This document shows, piece by piece, positions 1-12,229 of a stretch of DNA of 64,000 nt. The stretch covers positions 142,788,001-142,852,000 of the forward strand of contig CM059431.1 of NCBI GenBank assembly GCA_030390025.1, read 5' to 3'. The translations under genes and the position numbers were made by a program. How positions within the stretch are numbered: position 1 is the stretch's first letter; each line of letters opens with the position of its first letter. The DNA comes from Squalus acanthias (Eukaryota). The notes under the pieces were generated by a model. The model was not told where the DNA came from, made no database searches, and saw only the letters and a list, made by a program, of their open reading frames with translations.

Positions 1-2326
1 TCAGGATCCTGCCAGGTGTGTATGGGGTTTCACAGTGTATCAGGATCCTGCCAGGTCTGTATGGAGTTTCACAGTGTATCAGGATCCTGCCAGGTGTGTA
101 TGGGGTTTCACAGTGTATCAGGATCCTGCCAGGTGTGTATGGGGTTTCACAGTGTATCAGGATCCTGCCAGGTGTGTATGGGGTTTCACAGTGTATCAGG
201 ATCCTGCCAGGTGTGTATGGGATCGCACAGTGTATAAGGATCCTGCCAGGTGTGTATGGGGTTTCACAGTGTATCAGGATCCTGCCAGGTGTGTATGGGG
301 TTTCAGTGTATCAGGATCCTGCCAGGTGTGTATGGGGTTTCAGTGTATCAGGATCCTGCCAGGTGTGTATGGGGTTTCACAGTGTATCAGGATCCTGCCA
401 GGTGTGTATGGGGTTTCACAGTGTATCAGGATCCTGCCAGGTGTGTATGGGGTTTCACAGTGTATCAGGATCCTGCCAGGTGTGTAGGGGTTTCACAGTG
501 TATCAGGATCCTGCCAGGTGTGTATGGGGTTTCACAGTGTATCAGGATCCTGCCAGGTGTGTATGGAGTTTCACAGTGTATCAGGATCCTGCCAGGTGTG
601 TATGGGTTTCACAGTGTATCAGGATCCTGCCAGGTGTGTATGGAGTTTCACAGTGTATCAGGATCCTGCCAGGTGTGTATGGGGTTTCACAGTGTATCAG
701 GATCCTGCCAGGTCTGTATGGAGTTTCACAGTGTATCAGGATCCTGCCAGGTGTGTATGGGGTTTCACAGTGTATCAGGATCCTGCCAGCTGTGTGTATG
801 GAGTTTCACAGTGTATCAGGGATCCTGCCAGGTGTGTATGGGGTTTCACAGTGTATCAGGATCCTGCCAGGTGTGTATGAGATTTCACAGTGTATCAGGA
901 CCTTCCAGGTCTGTATGGAGTTTCAGTGTATCAGGATCCTGCCAGGTGTGTATGGGGTTTCACAGTGTATCAGGATCCTGCCAGGTGTGTATGGGATTGC
1001 ACAGTGTATAATGATCCTGCCAGGTGTGTATGGGATTTCACAGTGTATCAGGATCCTGCCAGGTGTGTATGGGGTTTCAGTGTATCAGGATCCTGCCAGG
1101 TGTGTATGGGGTTTCAGTGTATCAGGATCCTGCCAGATGTGTATGGGGTTTCACAGTGTATCAGGATCTGCCAGGTGTGTATGGGGTTTCACAGTGTATC
1201 AGGATCATACCAGGTGTGTATGGGGTTCCGCAGTGTATCAGGATCCTGCCAGGTGTGTATAGGGTTTTGCAGTGTATCAGGATCTTGCCAGGTGTGTATG
1301 GAGTTTCGCAGTGTATCAGGATCCTGCCAGGTGTGTATGGGGTTTCACAGTGTATCAGGATCCTGCCAGGTGTGTAGGGGTTTCACAGTGTATCAGGATC
1401 CTGCCAGCTGTGTGTATGGAGTTTCACAGTGTATCAGGGATCCTGCCAGGTGTGTATGGGGTTTCACAGTGTATCAGGACCTTCCAGGTCTGTATGGAGT
1501 TTCACAGTGTATCAGGATCCTGCCAGGTGTGTATGGGGTTTCACAGTGTATCAGGATCCTGCCAGGTGTGTATGGGGTTTCACAGTGTATCAGGATCCTG
1601 CCAGCTGTGTGTATGGAGTTTCACAGTGTATCAGGATCCTGCCAGGTGTGTATGAGATTTCACAGTGTATCAGGATCCTGCCAGGTCTGTATGGAGTTTC
1701 ACAGTGTATCAGGATCCTGCCAGGTGTGTATGGGGTTTCACAGTGTATCAGGATCCTGCCAGGTCTGTATGGAGTTTCACAGTGTATCAGGATCCTGCCA
1801 GGTGTGTATGGCGTTTCACAGTGTATCAGGATCCTGCCAGGTGTGTATGGGGTTTCACAGTGTATCAGGATCCTGCCAGGTGTGTATGGGGTTTCACAGT
1901 GTATCAGGATCCTGCCAGGTGTGTATGGAGTTTTAGTGTATCAGGATCCTGCCAGGTGTGCATGGGGTTTCGCAGTGTATCAGGATCCTGCCAGGTGTGT
2001 ATGGAGTTTCACAGTGTATCAGGGTCCTGCCAGGTGTATATGGGGTTTCGCAGTGTATCAGGATCCTGCCAGGTGTGTATGGGGTTTCACAGTGTATCAG
2101 GATCCTGCCAGCTGTGTATGAGATTTCACAGTGTATCAGGATCCTGCCAGGTGTGTATGGGGTTTCACAGTGTATCAGGATCCTGCCAGGTGTGTATGGG
2201 GTTTCACAGTGTATCAGGATCCTGCCAGGTATGTATGGGGTTTCACAGTGTATCAGGATCCTGCCAGGTGTGTATGGGGTTTCACAGTGTATCAGGATCC
2301 TGCCAGGTGTGTATAAGATTTCACAA
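1..2326. repeat. 39-bp minisatellite (TCAGGATCCTGCCAGGTGTGTATGGGGTTTCACAGTGTA), roughly 60 copies, continuing beyond the window start; intronic to the minus-strand NLR
   Basis: Tandem unit read directly; the 13-aa periodicity of the overlapping ORFs matches 39 bp. Confidence 0.98.
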
Positions 2327-2586
2327 GTGATAGCGAGCAGCAGCTGGATTACGTGTAATAATAAAACCTCCGCACATTTCCAGGATTATGTCAGACATCG
2401 TACAAATTGTAACAGGAATCAACACAGAATAGTTGAGGATTGTTGAAAAATCCAAATGACGTTCAATCCTGTTTCCCCAGCCTTTGATTCCCAGATTCTG
2501 ACAACCTCTAAACAAACGGCTCCCGTCAAACATTCTGATCTTCAGAAATTCAGTAAAAGGTTTGAAATCTCCATGTCATCACTTAC

Positions 2587-2652
2587 CTTTCAGGTGCCTG
2601 GGTACTTCGGATAAACCTTGTGCGATGTTCATGTAATCAAATGGATCAGAAC
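2587..2652 (-). CDS. Minus-strand NLR paralog, 66-bp linker exon (GSDPFDYMNIAQGLSEVPRHLK)
   Basis: AG acceptor and GTAAGT donor, phase 1/1; same length as, and homologous to, plus-strand exon 61902-61967. Confidence 0.85.
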
Positions 2653-2757
2653 CTGTTTAAATCAATTAACTTTCATGAATTCAGATCTGTGAGATATTAT
2701 AGTAAATTCTGCAGTGTTTGACTCTGACATTGAATTCAGTGTGTGATTTTACCGTAC

Positions 2758-2929
2758 CAAGTTCTGGCGATTCTTTCAGTATTTTGTCCAGCTTTGGTAA
2801 CCTGTGGCGTATTTTCACAAAGGATTCCCACATCACCCTTCGGGCCCGAGAGCCTTTCTCCATCACCAGATTTAGGAGAAGTTTGGAACTGTCTGCCCGG
2901 TTTCCCTTCTCCGCGAGCTCAGTGACTTT
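2758..2929 (-). CDS. Minus-strand NLR paralog, second half of the CARD-like death-fold domain (KVTELAEKGNRADSSKLLLNLVMEKGSRARRVMWESF...)
   Basis: 172-bp open exon, TTTACAG acceptor and GTACGG donor; near-identical to 61628-61799. Confidence 0.9.
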
Positions 2930-3579
2930 CTGTAAAGTATAATAATGATATATTGAGGAGCGAAGTGAAATATAAACACTGAGAATGAGAAGGAAAGGAT
3001 CTGCTCAGTGATGGGATCTCCCAGTTGTTTGGAGCTCAGAAAGCAGTCACTGGGCCGGGTACTGATCCATTCTGAACAGGGGCTGAATATTCTGTAAACA
3101 TCTTGATTGACTCATTAACGGGAAATAAATGTGATAAAAGGAAACTAGAAAATCAGAAATATTGTTCTAGGAGAGCGAGGAATCACTGAGAATCAGCAAC
3201 AGTTTTAATGGGATTAGTTTCTCTGTGCTTCAGTGTCCAACATGACATCAGATTTCTGATTGACAATATGATACACTCATTTCTCACACTGTTATTTACT
3301 GAGAACTAAAACAGCAGTGAATCGGAACTCGAGAGGCAGGGAAGGGACGATTCTGAAGTGAGGGAAGCTGCTGGAAATCAACCTGAGAAATTACATCAAC
3401 TAATCGAAACAACCACTGTTGATTTATCGGTCACATAAATCGACAAAAAATAAATGAAAAATCCAATCACATGTCCCTCGGTGATAGACATGTTTGACAA
3501 CCATTATTTTACACACCCGCTGCCGGTATGAAAGCGCAGTAACCGAGGCACACGTGCAGCAATGGGACTCCTGTAAACA

Positions 3580-3860
3580 GGACGTTAATCATCAACAACT
3601 TACATTTATATGGAGGCTTTAACGTAGAAGAACGTCCCAAGGCCCTTCACAGAGACAGAATCAGACAATGGACCCCAGACAAAGCAGAATATTCTATTAG
3701 AGATGATCAAAAACTAGAGGAACGGCAAATTTTAAGGAGGAGAGGGAGGTGGCGAGGCGGAGGGGTTCAGAGAGTGAATTCCAGAGTGTGCAGCCTTAGA
3801 CAACTGAACGCTTGGCCAGCAGTGGTGTTGTAAAGGAAGGGATGTTATCAGAGATGAGGA
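3580..3860 (-). mobile_element. Decayed L2-type LINE 3' remnant
   Basis: Resembles the reverse complement of the L2-like tails at 32870-33280 and 49350-49690. Confidence 0.5.
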
Positions 3861-3879
3861 GTTATATGTTATTTTTCTT

Positions 3880-4255
3880 AATTAGTTCATGGAATGTGGG
3901 CGTCGCTGGCAAAGCAAGCATTTATTGCCCTTCCCCAATTGCCCTTGAGAAGGTGGTGGTGAGCCACCGCCTTGAACCGCTGCAGTCCGTGTGGTGAAGA
4001 TACTCCCACGGTGCTGTTAGGGAGGGAGTTCCAGGATTTCGACCCAGCGACGATGAAGGAACAGCGATATATTTCCAAGTCAGGATGGTGTGTGACTAGG
4101 AGGGGAACTTGGAGGTGGTGGTGTTCCCATGCACCGGCTGCCCTTGTCCTAGGTGGAAGAGGTCGGGGGTTTGGGAGGATGCTGCCGAAGAAACCTTGGC
4201 GAGTTGCTGCAATGCATCTTGTAGATGGTACACACTGCAGCCACGGCACGCTGTG
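3880..4255 (-). mobile_element. 3' end of a non-LTR retrotransposon (ORF2 C-terminus SFIVAGSKSWNSLPNS...HHHLLKG)
   Basis: WNSLP LINE motif; same family recurs at 7670-7810, 54290-55000 and 55345-55450. Confidence 0.75.
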
Positions 4256-4365
4256 TGTTCTGGAGGGGATTTGATAATATCGGCTCATGCCACTAGAGTT
4301 CAGAAGATTAAGTGAGGAGTTGATGGAAGTCTTCAAGATTCTGAACGGACATGATGAAATAAATA

Positions 4366-5075
4366 GCCCTGATATTACGGTCTCCGTAATCCATTTGAAA
4401 GGATTCGCAAGTTTTGGAGCCAGAACTTGCGATCCGTCAATTTACGCCTTGACAGGTCATCCGAACTGCCTGTAAAATGAGCATTGCTGGTGCAGAGTAG
4501 GGCTATTTGTCGAACAACTGCCCAGCAATTGCCTACGCAACTTATGGCTGCTAAAAGCAGGCACAGGGCCTGCTTGCATCAGCATAATGGTTTATATAAG
4601 GCTTAAATAAAACATTTAAAAATCCAAAATTATGCACATATACATCAAATGAGTTCATGCAAATATTGGCCCGGATGAAGATGCGTAAAATTATTCATCA
4701 AAAAAATTACCTTTTTATTGAGGTTGGTGCAATGAAGGATCTTTTGAATAAAACTGCAGTTCAGTACATTTATAATTATTTGCATTCTGTACATTTATAA
4801 TTATTTGGGGCATACATTGCATATCACTAGGGGATTCCCTTCATAAATGATTGCAACGGAATCCTCCTTTGTCATTGGAGGACGGGGCGCACATGATCCC
4901 AGGGATACTTCCGAACCACCTGTGTCCCTGGGATCTGTGGGCCTTTAAGCTGCCGTCTGCCTGGAGGCCCAAGACTGGAACTCTTCACAGCCTGGACCCC
5001 AGCGGGCACTTTCGGAATTAATCTGCGGGTCGGAGGTGCACTCCCGAGGTACGCCTCCAACCGCAGATTGTTTCC
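4366..5075 (+). mobile_element. Diverged non-autonomous Harbinger-type element (MITE-like)
   Basis: 4890-5070 resembles the Harbinger right-end sequence at 28480-28663 (GATCCCAGGG, CTGGAGG..CCCA, GGTCGG..GCCTCC); AT-rich middle. Confidence 0.5.
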
Positions 5076-5302
5076 ACTGTTTGTTCAGAGGGGCAAATTT
5101 AGACTAATTCGAAGTATTACGGATAAGGTTAGATCCATTTATTTACGTACATTGTGGTTAGAATGCATAATTTACTCCCAAAACCTGCTGCAGAAGCATT
5201 CGATAAATTACTGTAAAACACAATTCTATTATTTTTTTTTAAAACGGAATTGATACTGTTTGTGGAGTGAACAGGAAATTGAGAAGTTGGGAATTGCTTA
5301 AG

Positions 5303-5712
5303 TTGGATATTAACAGTAATGGGTAGTGAGTAGGAGGTTGGGATTAGACTAGGTGGGATATTAACGGTAATGGGTCGTGAGCAGGAGGTTGGGATTAGAC
5401 TAGGTGGGATATTAACGGTAATGGGTAGTGAGCAGGAGGTTGGGATTAGACTAGGTGGGATATTAACAGTAATGGGTAGTGAGCAGGAGGTTGGGATTAG
5501 ACTAGGTGGGATATTAACGGTAATGGGCAGTGAGCAGGAGGTTGGGATTAGACTAGGTGGGATATTAACAGTAATGGGTAGTGAGCAGGAGGTTGGGATT
5601 AGACTAGGTGGGATATTAACAGTAATGGGCAGTGAGCAGGAGGTTGGCATTAGACTAGGTGGGATATTAACGGTAATGGGTAGTGAGCAGGAGGTTGGGA
5701 TTAGACTAGGTG
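5303..5712. repeat. 51-bp minisatellite, ~8 copies
   Basis: Unit GAGCAGGAGGTTGGGATTAGACTAGGTGGGATATTAACRGTAATGGGYAGT read directly. Confidence 0.97.
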
Positions 5713-6279
5713 ACTAAGGAAGGAGAAAACAAACTTGCAAAGCATCGAGGGGCGAGCGATCTGATTTTTCCATCCAGTTATTTCTGGGTTGTTTTCCCTG
5801 TTGAGTCTTATGCATTTTCATCATTTGAGCTCCTGTGTTTTTTAAATACCCTTTCTTTAACCCACAAGGGATGTTTTTTGTGTCATCTAACCTTTCCCCG
5901 ATTTACTATTAATTAGTTTCCTGATCATTCAGCTCATTGCCTTCCCTCTAACTCCTGTCTGTTGTCTCTGGTCTCTCCTTTTCCCAGTCCCAATAAAACG
6001 GTTTCCCTTTTGCTTTCCATTCACTCAAGAGTTATACCCGAACCGGGCCCCTGTCCTTTGTGCAGATACTGACGGATCCGCCGGGTATTTTCACCTCTTC
6101 GTATCATTGTTTCAGATTCACAATATTTGCAATTTTATCCATTTCTTCAGGTTCATGTTCTGTAACATTATATGATTCTAAGATGTTATTTCAAGTATTC
6201 TCGGTGGCACTGAATAAAGAAAATGAGATGTTGTCGTTTATTAACATTTTTGAGCCAAAATAGTGAGATAATCCTGCTA

Positions 6280-6680
6280 CATTTATAAATCATTGGTGTG
6301 ACCGCACCTAGAATATTGTGTACAGTTCTAATTGCCTCAGTACAAAAAGGTTATCGCAGCTATTGAAGAGAAAAACTAGACTGATTGAGAGAGTGGAGGG
6401 GTTGGATTAGGAGGAGCTATTGATTAAACTGGGCATGTTCTCACTGGAAGAGAGAATGTTGAGAGGTGATATGATTGCTGTTTCACTTTGTCCAGTATAG
6501 TAGAAACAGAGGACACGGCCTGCGCTTGAAGGAGGGTAAATTCAAAACTACGCCACAGAAACAACTTTTCAGTGAGCGAGTGGTCAATCTGGGGAACAGG
6601 CTCCCTAAGGAAATGGCAGAAACAGTATTGATTCTTTAAAAGGCAAATTTATTTCAGAAAAATCACATTTTGGGATGCAG
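6280..6680 (+). mobile_element. Decayed CR1 LINE 3' fragment
   Basis: Remnants of RPHLEYCVQ, LFSLEERMLRGD and VVNLGNRLP. Confidence 0.7.
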
Positions 6681-7006
6681 TATATGAGTAATTTGAGATA
6701 TGACATGTGGTAATTGCAGCATGCTTGGGAGGAACAGGTGACTTTTGACCTCTGGTTGCCAAAGCTCTCCACCACTGGAGTTTTCCTCACCTCATGTCTG
6801 GGTCTAATGTAAACTAATTGACAGAGATCGATTAGTCAACAACTCCATTATCATTGTAGCATACGACGCCCAGGATGTTAGAAGGAGAATTACACAGACC
6901 GTGGTCTTTTTTCAATCGAGTAATTCCTTTGTTCCTATGTTCGGATATTCTGTTAGCGCTCTGATGTTCGAATAATCTAAACTCATTCTGTGTCCCTCCC
7001 ACTTAC

Positions 7007-7173
7007 GTGATACTCTTGTCCACTGAAATGGTCCTCGCCTGTTAACCAGAGACTGAGTCCCTCCACACCCTCTTCAACCGCCTGTTCCAGTCTGTCCCGG
7101 TAGAATTTCGTCAACTGGAACAGCTGGTAATCGTCACACTTTGTCAAGAACTCAGTGATTGTCGAGTTCGCAT
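7007..7173 (-). CDS. Minus-strand NLR paralog, first half of the CARD-like domain (DANSTITEFLTKCDDYQLFQLTKFYRDRLEQAVEEGVEG...)
   Basis: 167-bp open exon, CACAG acceptor and GTAAGT donor, phases compatible with the next exon; homologous to 56479-56645. Confidence 0.9.
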
Positions 7174-7892
7174 CTGTGATCACAAAGAACAACATTAACA
7201 AACACCTTCTGAAAACCCACATACATCACATGTGTTTCATTCCATCAATCTATACAGTCAATTCTGTGCAAATTTGTCAAACACGACTTATCGACAGCTT
7301 ATCGGTTCCAGCCACCCCGATTATCCCCTGTATCTGTAAATGTTCACTAACTCGACCTTCAAATACAGATTCCAGGAGTTTGCTCATAACACAGTCCTCC
7401 CCTCTATCTCATCTCCACTGCTCGATAGCCTGAAAAACCCACCGCGAAATGCGTTATTCCCCTTCCTATTCCTTAACTGAATACATATAGATTCTATCTT
7501 AACATAACTCCAGGGAATATCCTTGTGCTCCAGGGCGGACCTAGAACCCTTTAGTAATACTGGCATCCACAAATATATTTTCCACTCTCCTCAAAATATT
7601 ATAATCAGGATCGCTTCGCTCCGAGTTCCGTTCAAACCTAAGTCCTGTCTCATAGTTAATAGATCACAGCATCCAGGAGGACAAGGGCAGAAGGTGCATC
7701 GGAACACCATCGCCTCCCATTTCCCCTCCAAGTCACACAGCGACCCGACTTGGACATATATCGCCGTTCCGTCATCATCACTGGATCAACATCATGGAAA
7801 TCCCGACCCAACTGATCCTGTTTCAACAGTTTTAGTCATTCTGCACTTTAGCCTCAAATCTGGATATTTCTCACCCTCTAGTCAAATCAGCT

Positions 7893-8350
7893 GATACCCT
7901 CCCACTGCTCCATTCACCCATTCCCAGAGTGTCAGCTGTGTCTCACTGGGTACCACACTCGTCTCTGAGTCACCCTCCCACTGCTCCATTCACCCATTCC
8001 CAGAGTGTCAGCTGTGACTCACTGGGTACCACACTAGCCCCTGAGTCACCCTCCCACTGCTCCATTCACCCATTCCCAGAGTGTCAGCTGTGTCTCACTG
8101 GGTACCACACTCGCCTGAGTCACCCTCCCACTGCTCCATTCACCCATTCCCAGAGTGTCAGCTGTATCTCACTGGGTCCCACACTCGCCCCTGAGTCACC
8201 CTCCCACTGCTCCAGTCACCCATTCCCAGAGTGTCAGCTATGTCTCACTGGGTACCACACTCGTCTCTGAGTCACCCTCCCACTGCTCCATTCACCCAAT
8301 CCCAGAGTGTCAGCTGTGACTCACTGGGTACCACACTTGCCTCTGAGTCA
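7893..8350. repeat. ~76-bp minisatellite, ~6 copies, built from a SINE head plus its 5' flank
   Basis: Unit TGAGTCACCCTCCCACTGCTCCATTCACCCATTCCCAGAGTGTCAGCTGTGTCTCACTGGGTACCACACTCG..; the last unit runs directly into the SINE. Confidence 0.93.
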
Positions 8351-8745
8351 GAAGGTCGTGGGTTCAAGTCCCACTCGAGACTTCAGCACGTAAATCTAGG
8401 CTGACACTCCAGTGCAGTACTGAGGGATTGCTGCACTGTCGGAGGTGCCGTCTTTCGGAGGAGACGTTAATGCGAGGCCCCGTCTGCTCTCTCAGGTGGA
8501 CGGAAAAGATCCTACGGCACTATTTCGAAAAGAGCAGGGGAGTTGTCCCCGGCGTCCTGGCCAATATTTATCCCTCAATCACCATCACTAAAACAGATTA
8601 TCTGGTCATTATCACATTGCAGTGCGCAAATTGGCTGCCACATTACAACAGTGACTCCAGTTCAAAAAGTACTTCATTGGCTGTAAAGCGCTTTGAGACG
8701 TCCGGTGGTCGTGAAAGGCGCTATATAAATGCAATTCTCTTTCAT
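8308..8745 (+). mobile_element. tRNA-derived SINE with L2-like tail
   Basis: Box B-like GGTTCAAGTCCC near 8361; 3' end AGGCGCTATATAAATGCAA typical of L2-mobilised SINEs. Confidence 0.8.
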
Positions 8746-9199
8746 TCTGGAAAATCATTTTGTTGGTCAGTTCAGGTCGCAGCCGTCCCTTCCCTTCTCC
8801 CTGAACACACTCTCATGCCCCAAGAACATGGGGGGGGTATAGTATTCATAGCTTTCACAGCCGTGCTGTGAAAGCTATGAATGAAAGATGGTGTGCTGCC
8901 ATTGGCTCTAACTGAGTCACGTGATCCCACAGCTCGCACGAATTAACTGCGCCTGTGGGATACGGAAGCACTGCCCAGCTGCTGTCCAGAACATCAAGTT
9001 CATGCGAGCTGGGAATGAAAAAGCCAGTGCGCAGTGAGAGATCGCGGGGAAGCCTTACCCTCGCACGAAGGCTCCCTCACTAATTTTTGGGCCAGCATAT
9101 GGCTGGGTGTGATACCTCTGGTCTCTATGGGCAGTGACATTGTCCGTGTGTTCGTGGAGATATGTCCTGGTTGGTGCTTCTATTTGAATATATCGACCG

Positions 9200-9680
9200 T
9201 GAATACTAAATTGGCGAAAGGACAGAAACAGACAGTAGTTGTGAACCGATATTTTTGACACTGGAGGGAAGTATACAGTGGTGACCCCAGGAGTCGGTAT
9301 TAGGACCACTGCTCTTTTTGATATATATTAGTGACCTGGACTTGGGTATACAGGGCATAATTTAAAAGTTTGTAGATGACACGAATCTCGTAAAAGTCGT
9401 AAACCGTGAGGAGGACAGCAGAAGACTTCAGGAGGAAATAGACCGTCTGGTGAAATGGGCAGACACATGGCAGGTGAAATTTTACGCAGAGAAGTGTGAA
9501 ATGAAGCACTTTGGAAGGAAGAATGAGGCGATGCAATTTAAACCAACTGGTACAATTTAAAGGGATTGCAGGAACAGAAAAACTTGGGGGTATAGATACA
9601 GAAATCTTTGACGGTGGCAGGACAGGATGATAAAGCTTTTACAAAAGTATATGGGAGCATTGGCTTTATAAATAGAGACA
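9200..9680 (+). mobile_element. CR1 RT fragment
   Basis: Degenerate PQESVLGP, FVDDT and KCEMKHFG motifs. Confidence 0.8.
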
Positions 9681-10460
9681 TGGGAACAGGAGTAGGCCAT
9701 TCATTCGTTCTAGCTTGTTAACCATTCAATTCGATCATGGCTGAGCTGTATCTGAACTCCATATACCAATCTTGGTTCCATAAGCCTAAATACCATTGCC
9801 TAACAAAAATCTATCAATGACAGTTTTGTAATTTTCAATTGACCGAGCCTCAACAGCTTTTTGAGGGCGAGTGTTCCAGATTGCCACTACACTGTGTCTG
9901 AAGAAGTGTTTTCTAACATCACCCCTGAACGGCCGAGCTCTGTGGTTAAGGTTATGCCCCTGTTTCTGGACTAATCCAGCAAGGGAAATAGTTTAACTCT
10001 TTCTATCCCAGCAATTTCTTTGATCATCTTAAACACCTCAATTAGATCACCCCTTAATCTTGTATAATCAAGGGAATAAAAGCTTCGTCTATACAATCTA
10101 TCCTCATAATTTAAAGCTTTCAGCCCCGGTACCATTCTGGTGAATCTGAGCTGCACCACCTCCAAAGCCAAGATATTGTTGCCGAGGTGCGGTGCCCAGA
10201 ACTAAACACAGTTCTGTAAATGGGTCTAACCAGAGCTCTGTACAGCTGGAACAGAACTTCTACCCCTTTGTATTCCAGCCCTCGAGATAAAGCCCAACAT
10301 TCCATTAGACTTGTATTTATTTTTGGTGCCTGTCCACCAGCTTCTAGTGATTTCTGTACTTGGACCCCTAGTTCCCTCTGCTCATCCATAGTTCCTAACT
10401 TCTAAACATTTAGAAAATTCGCTGATCTATCCTTTTTAGATCCAACGTGAATGACCTCAT
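9681..10460 (-). mobile_element. CR1 3' fragment
   Basis: ORFs 9971-10171 and 10120-10389 carry the CR1 C-terminus (RLRGDLIEVFK). Confidence 0.85.
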
Positions 10461-11124
10461 TTGTTTCTGAAGTGAGGGGAGTGCGGCAAACTCGCTCAAT
10501 CATTCCAGGAGGATGGGATCTCCAGCGTTCTGAATGTTATTTAATATTGGTGTCGCGAGTCTAACGCCCTGGAACGTATATGTGGACAAGGTGTCAAGAT
10601 GTAATTAGAGTGGGAGGAGGCTCCCGTGGAGTATAAACACAGCATAGACCACTTGGGCCGAATGGACTGCTTCTCTGCTGCAGTTTCTATGTAATTCTAA
10701 TCTGCCCTGAACAGTCACAAACTACAATCTCTGTGACTGTGACCACGGTGTGTAACCCTTCCTTGTCCATCATTCACCTTCCCACAGCATTGGATATGGT
10801 CTCATCTGGCATCCTTTTCCATGTCATGGCCTCCATTGTCCATCCCATAAAACTGATCCTCGTGCGCTTCCTGTCCTAGCTCTCCGCCCGCAGATTGCAA
10901 ATCTCCAGCAATGGGTTAACTTTCGTCCTTCTATCCACACCTATATTGTAGGCCAATATTGAACCTATGATGCTGCTTCTGGTGCATAGTAACCGATTAC
11001 TGTAGCGCCAAAGGCAGATTTGATTGTTTCAATATCTGTTTCTTGGGATTTGCCGGTGGATTCAAATCTCTGTGCTGAGATCGCCTCATCATGCACCTTC
11101 ATTGACTAGGCGAGGCTGCATCAT

Positions 11125-11735
11125 AGACTCATAGTATGATACAGCTCAGAAGGTCATTCGGCCCCTCGTGCTTGTGCTGACACTTTGGAAGAGCGATTCC
11201 ATTATTACCACTGTCCCTCTCTTTTCTCATAGCCCTGTAAATGTTTTCCCTTCAAGTATTTATCCAATTCTCTTTTCAATGTTACAATAGAACCTGCTTC
11301 CAACCACCCTTTCGGGCAATGCATTGCAGATCACACCAACTCGCTGTGTAACAGAATGTTTCCTCACGTCGCCTGTGGCTCTTTTTCCACTCACTTTAAA
11401 TCTGCGTCGTCTGGTTACCGAGCCTTCTGCCACAGGAAAGTTTCTCCTCATTTACTGATCAAAACCATTCATGATTTTGACCAGCTCTATAAAATCTTCG
11501 TTTAACCATCTCTGCTCTAAAGAGAACAAACCAGCTTCTCCCCATAACTGAAGTCGCTCATCCTTGGTACAATTCTCTCAAATCTCTTCTGCACCGTCTC
11601 CAAGGCCTTGATATCCTTCCTAAAGTGGGGCGTCAGAATTGAAAACAATACTCCAGCTGAGGCCTAACCAGTCTTTTATAACGGGTGAACTTAACTTCTT
11701 TGGTTTTTTTCTCTATTCCTCTTGTACTAAAGCCA
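11125..11735 (-). mobile_element. CR1 3' fragment
   Basis: ORF 11260-11451 (TQRV..CNALPERVV); CR1-type 3' tail. Confidence 0.8.
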
Positions 11736-11744
11736 AGGGCATCC

Positions 11745-12210
11745 CTCATGGTGTCAGCACTTGATTAATGAGCACTGTAGGAGGTGAGGACATTCACCAC
11801 TGCTCCATTAATATTAACACTAATATGCAATGTTCTCAGTTGTGTAACTTTAAGCAGATAGGTGATGCACAACATTTTTGTTTGGAATATCATTACAGGT
11901 CTTACAATCTCCGGAAATGCCTTAAATACATAACTGGTTCGATCTGACTGTTTTACAATTATAATTCTCCACTTGTGTGCGTGTCTCGCTGTGTGGGCCC
12001 TCGCACGTGCGTCTAACAAACTCTCAGTCAGCGTCCTTTCCTTTCCCCACTGCGGAAATGTAAAAGCGATTCAGTCTCGGATCAGTAATTTCTACAAACT
12101 TTAGTTGATGTTATTCGCCGGCATTAAATTATAAGCAAGTTTGAGACCTTGTAAGATTCGGTTTTCTGCTGTTTCACACACGCAGACACTGGTATAATAA
12201 ACACACGACA
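11745..12210 (-). other. Unique non-coding block duplicated in inverted orientation at 52670-53142; upstream of the NLR exons in both copies
   Basis: e.g. 12020-12150 is the reverse complement of 52730-52866 with scattered mismatches. Confidence 0.85.
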
Positions 12211-12229
12211 ACAACAACAGCACAGCAGG

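Noticed and set aside
1..2326. Perfect V(D)J RSS heptamer CACAGTG in nearly every repeat unit
   Set aside because: No ACAAAAACC-like nonamer at 12 or 23 bp on either strand, and no V/D/J segments nearby
16..2446. Long Cys-rich ORFs in all three plus frames
   Set aside because: Artefacts of a stop-free 39-bp repeat; frames swap at indels; antisense to an NLR intron
5129..5717. Repetitive ORFs on both strands
   Set aside because: Translation of the 51-bp minisatellite
9200..10460. Twin-priming 5' inversion of one CR1
   Set aside because: The fragments meet tail-to-tail with the 3' end at the junction, which fits nested insertion instead
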